Below are positions 59,893 to 64,000 of a stretch of 64,000 nt of DNA, in pieces. The translations under genes were made by a program, and so were the position numbers. The DNA lies in the NCBI GenBank assembly GCA_030390025.1, contig CM059432.1:108192001-108256000 (forward strand), read 5' to 3'. The notes under the pieces are model-generated. The model had not been told where the DNA came from, did not search any database, and saw nothing but the letters and a program-made list of their open reading frames with translations. Position 1 is the first letter of the stretch, and every line of letters starts with the position of its first letter. This DNA comes from Squalus acanthias. Its lineage: Eukaryota.

Positions 59893-61221
59893 CAGGATAG
59901 CAAAATACTGCGGATGCTGGAAATCCGAAATAACAACAGAAAACGCTGGAAAAACTCAGCAGGCCAGGCAGCATCTGTGGAGAGAGAAACAGAGTTAACG
60001 TTTCAGGTCAAAGACCTTTCGTCAGAACTGGAAAAAAACAGGAAATTAAATAGATTTAAAGCAAGTATAAAGCTGGGAAGAGGGGGAGGGGATGAAAGAA
60101 CAAACGGGAAGGTCAGTGGTGGGATAGAAAGCAGGAAAGATTAAGAGACATTGAGAGACATTAAGAGATAATCAAGGCAAGAGGAGGTGTTAATGTGACA
60201 GGTTGAGGCTAGATGAAGTGTGAACTGGGCTGGCAGAATGAAGGACAGCTGCCAGCTTCTGGGAGGGAAAAAAAAGGGCCAAACAAAAGGGTGGATGAAA
60301 AAATAAAATAAAAAAATATAAATGTGATAAATCCCGAGGTTATGATCTGAAATTGTTGAACTCAATGTTGAGTCCGGAAAGCTGTAAAGTGCCTAAACGA
60401 AAGATGAGGTGCTGTTCCTCGAGCTTACGCTGAGCTTCCGTGGAACAATGCAAGAGGCCGAGGACGGTGAGGTCAGAGTGGGAGTGGAGCGGAGAATTAA
60501 AGTGACAGGCCACCGGGAGCTTGGGGTCCCCCTTACGGACTGAACGGAGGTGTTCCGCAAAGCGGTCACCCAATCTATGTTTGGTCTCCCCAATGTAGAG
60601 GAGACCACATCGTGAGCAGCGAATACAGTATACTAAATTGCAGGAAGTACAAGTAAATCGCTGTTTCACCTGGAAGGGGTGTTTGGGGCCCTGGACAGTG
60701 GGAAGAGGGGAGGTATAAGGGCATGTGTTGCATCTCCTGCACTTGCACGGGAAGGTGCCGGGCGAAGGGGAAGGGGTGCTGGGGGTGGTAGAGGAGTGGA
60801 CCAGGGTGTCGCGGAGGGAGCGGTCCCTGCGGAATGCTGAAAGGGGAGGTGAGGGGAAGATGCGTTTGGTGGTGGGATCACGTTGGAGGTGGTGGAAATG
60901 GCGGAGGATGATCCGTTGAATGTGGAGGCTGGTGGGGTGAAAGGTGAGGACAAGTGGAACTCTATCGTGGTTCCGGGAGGGAGGGGCAGGGGTGAGGGCA
61001 GAAGTGCGGGAGATAGAACGGACACGGTCGAGGGCTGTGTCAACCACAGGAGAGGGGAATCCTCGGTTGAGGAAAAAGGAAGACATGTCGGAAGCACCGG
61101 TATGGAAGGTGGCATCGTCGGAGCAGATGCAGCAGAGACGGAGAAACTGGGAGAATGGAATAGAGTCCTTACAGGAGGCGGGGTGGGAGGAAGTGTAGTC
61201 CAGGTAGCTGTGGGAGTCAGT
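59893..61221 (-). mobile_element. 5'-truncated Penelope-like element: RT thumb plus GIY-YIG endonuclease (60340..61221) and pLTR
   Basis: YLDYTSSHP...IPFSQFLRL...PLVLTFHP...CKCRRCNTC...LVYCIRCSRCGLLYIGETKHRLGDRFAEH...GLNIE. The pLTR at ~59895-60040 carries a hammerhead motif. Confidence 0.92.
59993..60029 (-). ncRNA. Minimal hammerhead ribozyme motif in the Penelope pLTR
   Basis: Minus strand AGTT CTGACGA A AGGTC TTT GACCT GAAAC GTT AACT: both core boxes, stem II, palindromic AACGUU stem III, stem I AGUU/AACU, in the sense orientation of the element. Confidence 0.72.
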
Positions 61222-63439
61222 ATATGAAAGGCACACACAAGACATTCACTAAGAGAATGCATAAGGGTGATGAGTTGATTTCTTGATGTCATATTGGATG
61301 GATAGATGCATAAAGTTGGATTGGAAAGTTTGATTTGTGGTGGCTTTTATTTCAGCATTCTGGCCAAGAGGACGCTGTGATGGTCAGTAACAGATGGAAA
61401 GTAAGGTGTGGGACAAATGTTTAAAGGCGAATTCGGGTTGTGATACTGGTACCGCAGGTGAATGATTCCATCCCGGATATCCCGGCCAGAAAGGGGCTGT
61501 CTGGGTTGCATCCTTCCTTCTGTTTCCTCCTGTTCTGCTTCCTCCTGTTCTGCTTCCTCTTCTTCGACTTCCTCCTCTTCTGTTTCCTCCTCTTCAGCTT
61601 CCTCCTCTTCTGTTTCATGGTCTTCTGCATCTTCCTCTTCTGCGCCTTCCTCTTCCCTCTGCGAGCAGATGCTGTAAATCTGAAATAGAAGCAGAAAATG
61701 CTGGAAATACTCAGCAGCCTTCCACTAGCCATGCTGCAGTCACTGGGGTAGCACTGCATGACATCAGTGGGATAGGAAATTTGAGACGTGAATTCTGTTT
61801 CTCCACGGATGTTGCCTGACCTGCTGAGTATTTGCAGCATTTTCTGTCTTCTCAGAGGTCTTCCTTTACCATCCGGGGCCTTGGAAGCATCCAGCAGCAC
61901 TCCCTACACACTTAAAAAAAACTTTTAATATGTATTGCAGCAAGCCACTACTTCAATAAAATCCAAAAAACCCAGTCCAAAAGCTTAAATGCAAACTTAC
62001 CTGAAAGATGTGTGTGTCCCTTTAAGAGGTGCTGACAGCGCCTCTGTCAGTCTGCTGCACGTTAGGTTTACACGGCGAGCTTAGGAGCCAGCGCTGAACT
62101 CAGCGCAATGGTTGAAGTTTGCCGAGGTGATGTTAAGTGCAGACATCACCTCTCCCTCATTTCAACGGATGTTACCAGCAGCACTGCCGGGCCTTCGAAA
62201 ATGGCGGATGCCGCGGGACCCGCCACCAGCTGGCGGAAGAGCGGCGGCCGCCCTCTTAGCGCAACTTTTTGCCGGTAACAGGTGGCGTTAAGCCCCTGAA
62301 TATTTAGCCCCATATTTTGGACATAGAATTAGATCCGCATTGTCTATTCTATATCTTTCCAAAAGCATCCACCTCTCCACCATGACATTCGTCCCATTGG
62401 AAGAGAAAAGTATAAACTCTTTAACTACAGCTTACTAGGTTTGGCAATTGCACCAAACTGTAGCAGTCAGAATTTTTTCCTTTTGGTGATTTTAATAGGC
62501 ATTTGAATCAGTGCATCAAGAATATATACAATTGCTCATGGGCCTAGAACCAGACCTCTAATTCTGCAGCAAAGAATTTTGGATCTCACAAGTTGACCTG
62601 GTCACTTCGCAGCGTTCAGGCACTGCAACTCAATTGTACAATGTTTTTAAAAAGGTATTGGTGGCAGTTCCAAAATATCTAGTGGGAAGAGGAAAATGGG
62701 TAAGTACAAAGCATTAGCTCTATGTTATAAGGGAAACAAAAGAGCCCAGCTCTGGGAATATTATAATAGTTGAAATTAGAATAAATATAGGAAAAAGGCA
62801 GAAGTAGGCATAAGGGAAGACAGCGTGCTAATAAGAAGTTTACATTCTTCAGTTAAAATCTTTAAAGGCTATTTTAGCAGTTTTGGGTTACTATTACAGT
62901 AATATAGCTACTCCTGACTAATTTAATATTAGCGTTTGTTTAGTGCCACAGGGCATCTAAGCTGCTGGCATTCTCTTTATTGGTGCTGGTCCCTGCTAGA
63001 GTTGCAACACTTAAATTGCAAAAATTGGGTTTTGATCATGATAATGAAGTCTATAACCATACTGCTGCAGTATGGCAAGTATGCTGGTAAATTAACCAGC
63101 CTTCTCTCTCCTGTTTGAGCTAAGAGTTGACTGGCACCATCAGTACTGCAGTGTAATTTTAAGAACCACTTTGTGATTTTTCTTTTATTTGAGTCATTAA
63201 TTTATAGGGGCAAGGAGCCAAAGCTTACTAGCTCAAGAAGAACTAATTCTAGACACAATACTTTCTACAGGGCCAACAGGCAAATGAGTCATTCAATTTA
63301 AGAGCTCATGGCGTGCATTCCTGATCAGAAGAAACTGTCAGTGTGAGATGATCAACCCGCTCAATAGTGGAAGAGGGAGATCAGTTTTCATGGAGTGGAG
63401 ACCAAAGACATTTTCAAGGAAGTTATTTGGACGTCTGCC

Positions 63440-63865
63440 TTGTCTCAGCACTCTCGCCTGTGAATCAGGTTGTGGGTCCAAGTCCCACTCCAGAGACGTG
63501 ACCACACAATCTAGGCTGACACTCCAGTTCAGTACTCAGGGAGCGATGTCGGAGGTGCTGTCTTTCAGATGATACATTAAACCGAGACCTCGTCTGTCCT
63601 CTCAGGTGGACACAAAAGGTCCCATGGCACTATTTCGGAGAAGAACAGAGGAGTTGTCCTGGTGCCCTGGTCAACATTTATCTTTCAACCAACAGCACCA
63701 GATAACCTGGTCATAATCTCATTGCTGCTTGTGATACACAAATTGGCTGCTGCATTTCACTACATTACAAAAATGACTACACTTCAAATAGTACTTTATT
63801 GGTTATGAAGTTTTCGTACATCCTGAGGTTGTGAAAGATGTTATATAAATGCAAGTCTTTCTTTT
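63440..63865 (+). mobile_element. Near full-length Deu-domain SINE
   Basis: tRNA-like head gcactctcgcctgtgaatcagg...ggtccaagtcccactccaga, Deu core, 3' end tatataaatgcaagtctttc. Confidence 0.75.
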
Positions 63866-64000
63866 TCTTTCTATTGCCAACACTAATTCACCAAATCTTG
63901 TCCCCTTTCTTTAGTTGTTTTACTTCTATATAATTTTGAAGACAGTAACCAGTTATATAATGGATATTAGTATCTACCTTGACCATTTTTGGATAGATCC

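Larger units (their letters stand above)
58674..62311 (+). mobile_element. Non-autonomous Harbinger family C, interrupted by a Penelope element
   Basis: TIRs GGCTAAATAT and ATATTTAGCCCC, TSD ATA (58671-58673, 62312-62314). Colinear with 17212-21003. Contains a 15-bp repeat expansion (ttcctcctcttctgc)n at ~61515-61655. Confidence 0.85.

Noticed and set aside
61421..61900. Lys/Arg-rich 159-aa ORF
   Set aside because: Off-frame reading of a 15-bp repeat expansion inside a Harbinger relic.
1..64000. T-cell receptor gamma V/J segments or RSS near AMPH
   Set aside because: No Ig-domain ORFs or convincing heptamer-spacer-nonamer pairs were seen, and TRG would be expected beyond the AMPH 3' end.

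Overview
Eukaryotic genomic DNA from a vertebrate. The repeat repertoire (CR1, RTE, L2, Deu-domain SINEs, Penelope, many Harbinger families) suggests a cartilaginous fish, which is an inference. Only one host coding feature is recognisable: the first coding exon of amphiphysin (AMPH, minus strand, 42480..42409, MADNIKTGVFAKNVQKRLNRAQEK). No exon 2 was found, so 1-42408 appears to be AMPH intron 1 and 42481-64000 its upstream region. Most of the rest is transposon-derived: a complete but mutated two-gene Harbinger transposon with several non-autonomous relatives, a young full-length Gypsy LTR retrotransposon, an RTE LINE carrying a nested solo LTR and a nested CR1, several CR1 copies (one with an intact ORF2), Penelope remnants with minimal hammerhead ribozyme motifs, hAT MITEs and SINEs. 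Most notable observations: (1) the Gypsy element lacks a tRNA-type PBS and instead has an 11-nt PBS complementary to a putative transcript 5' end in its own LTR, suggesting Tf1-like self-priming in a non-chromovirus element whose RT motif reads YLDN; (2) a 225-bp fold-back Penelope derivative with a hammerhead motif in each arm; (3) an expanded-spacer REST/RE1 site just inside AMPH intron 1; (4) a CR1 3' UTR duplication with strongly directional A>G change; (5) head-to-head Harbinger insertions 11 bp apart.
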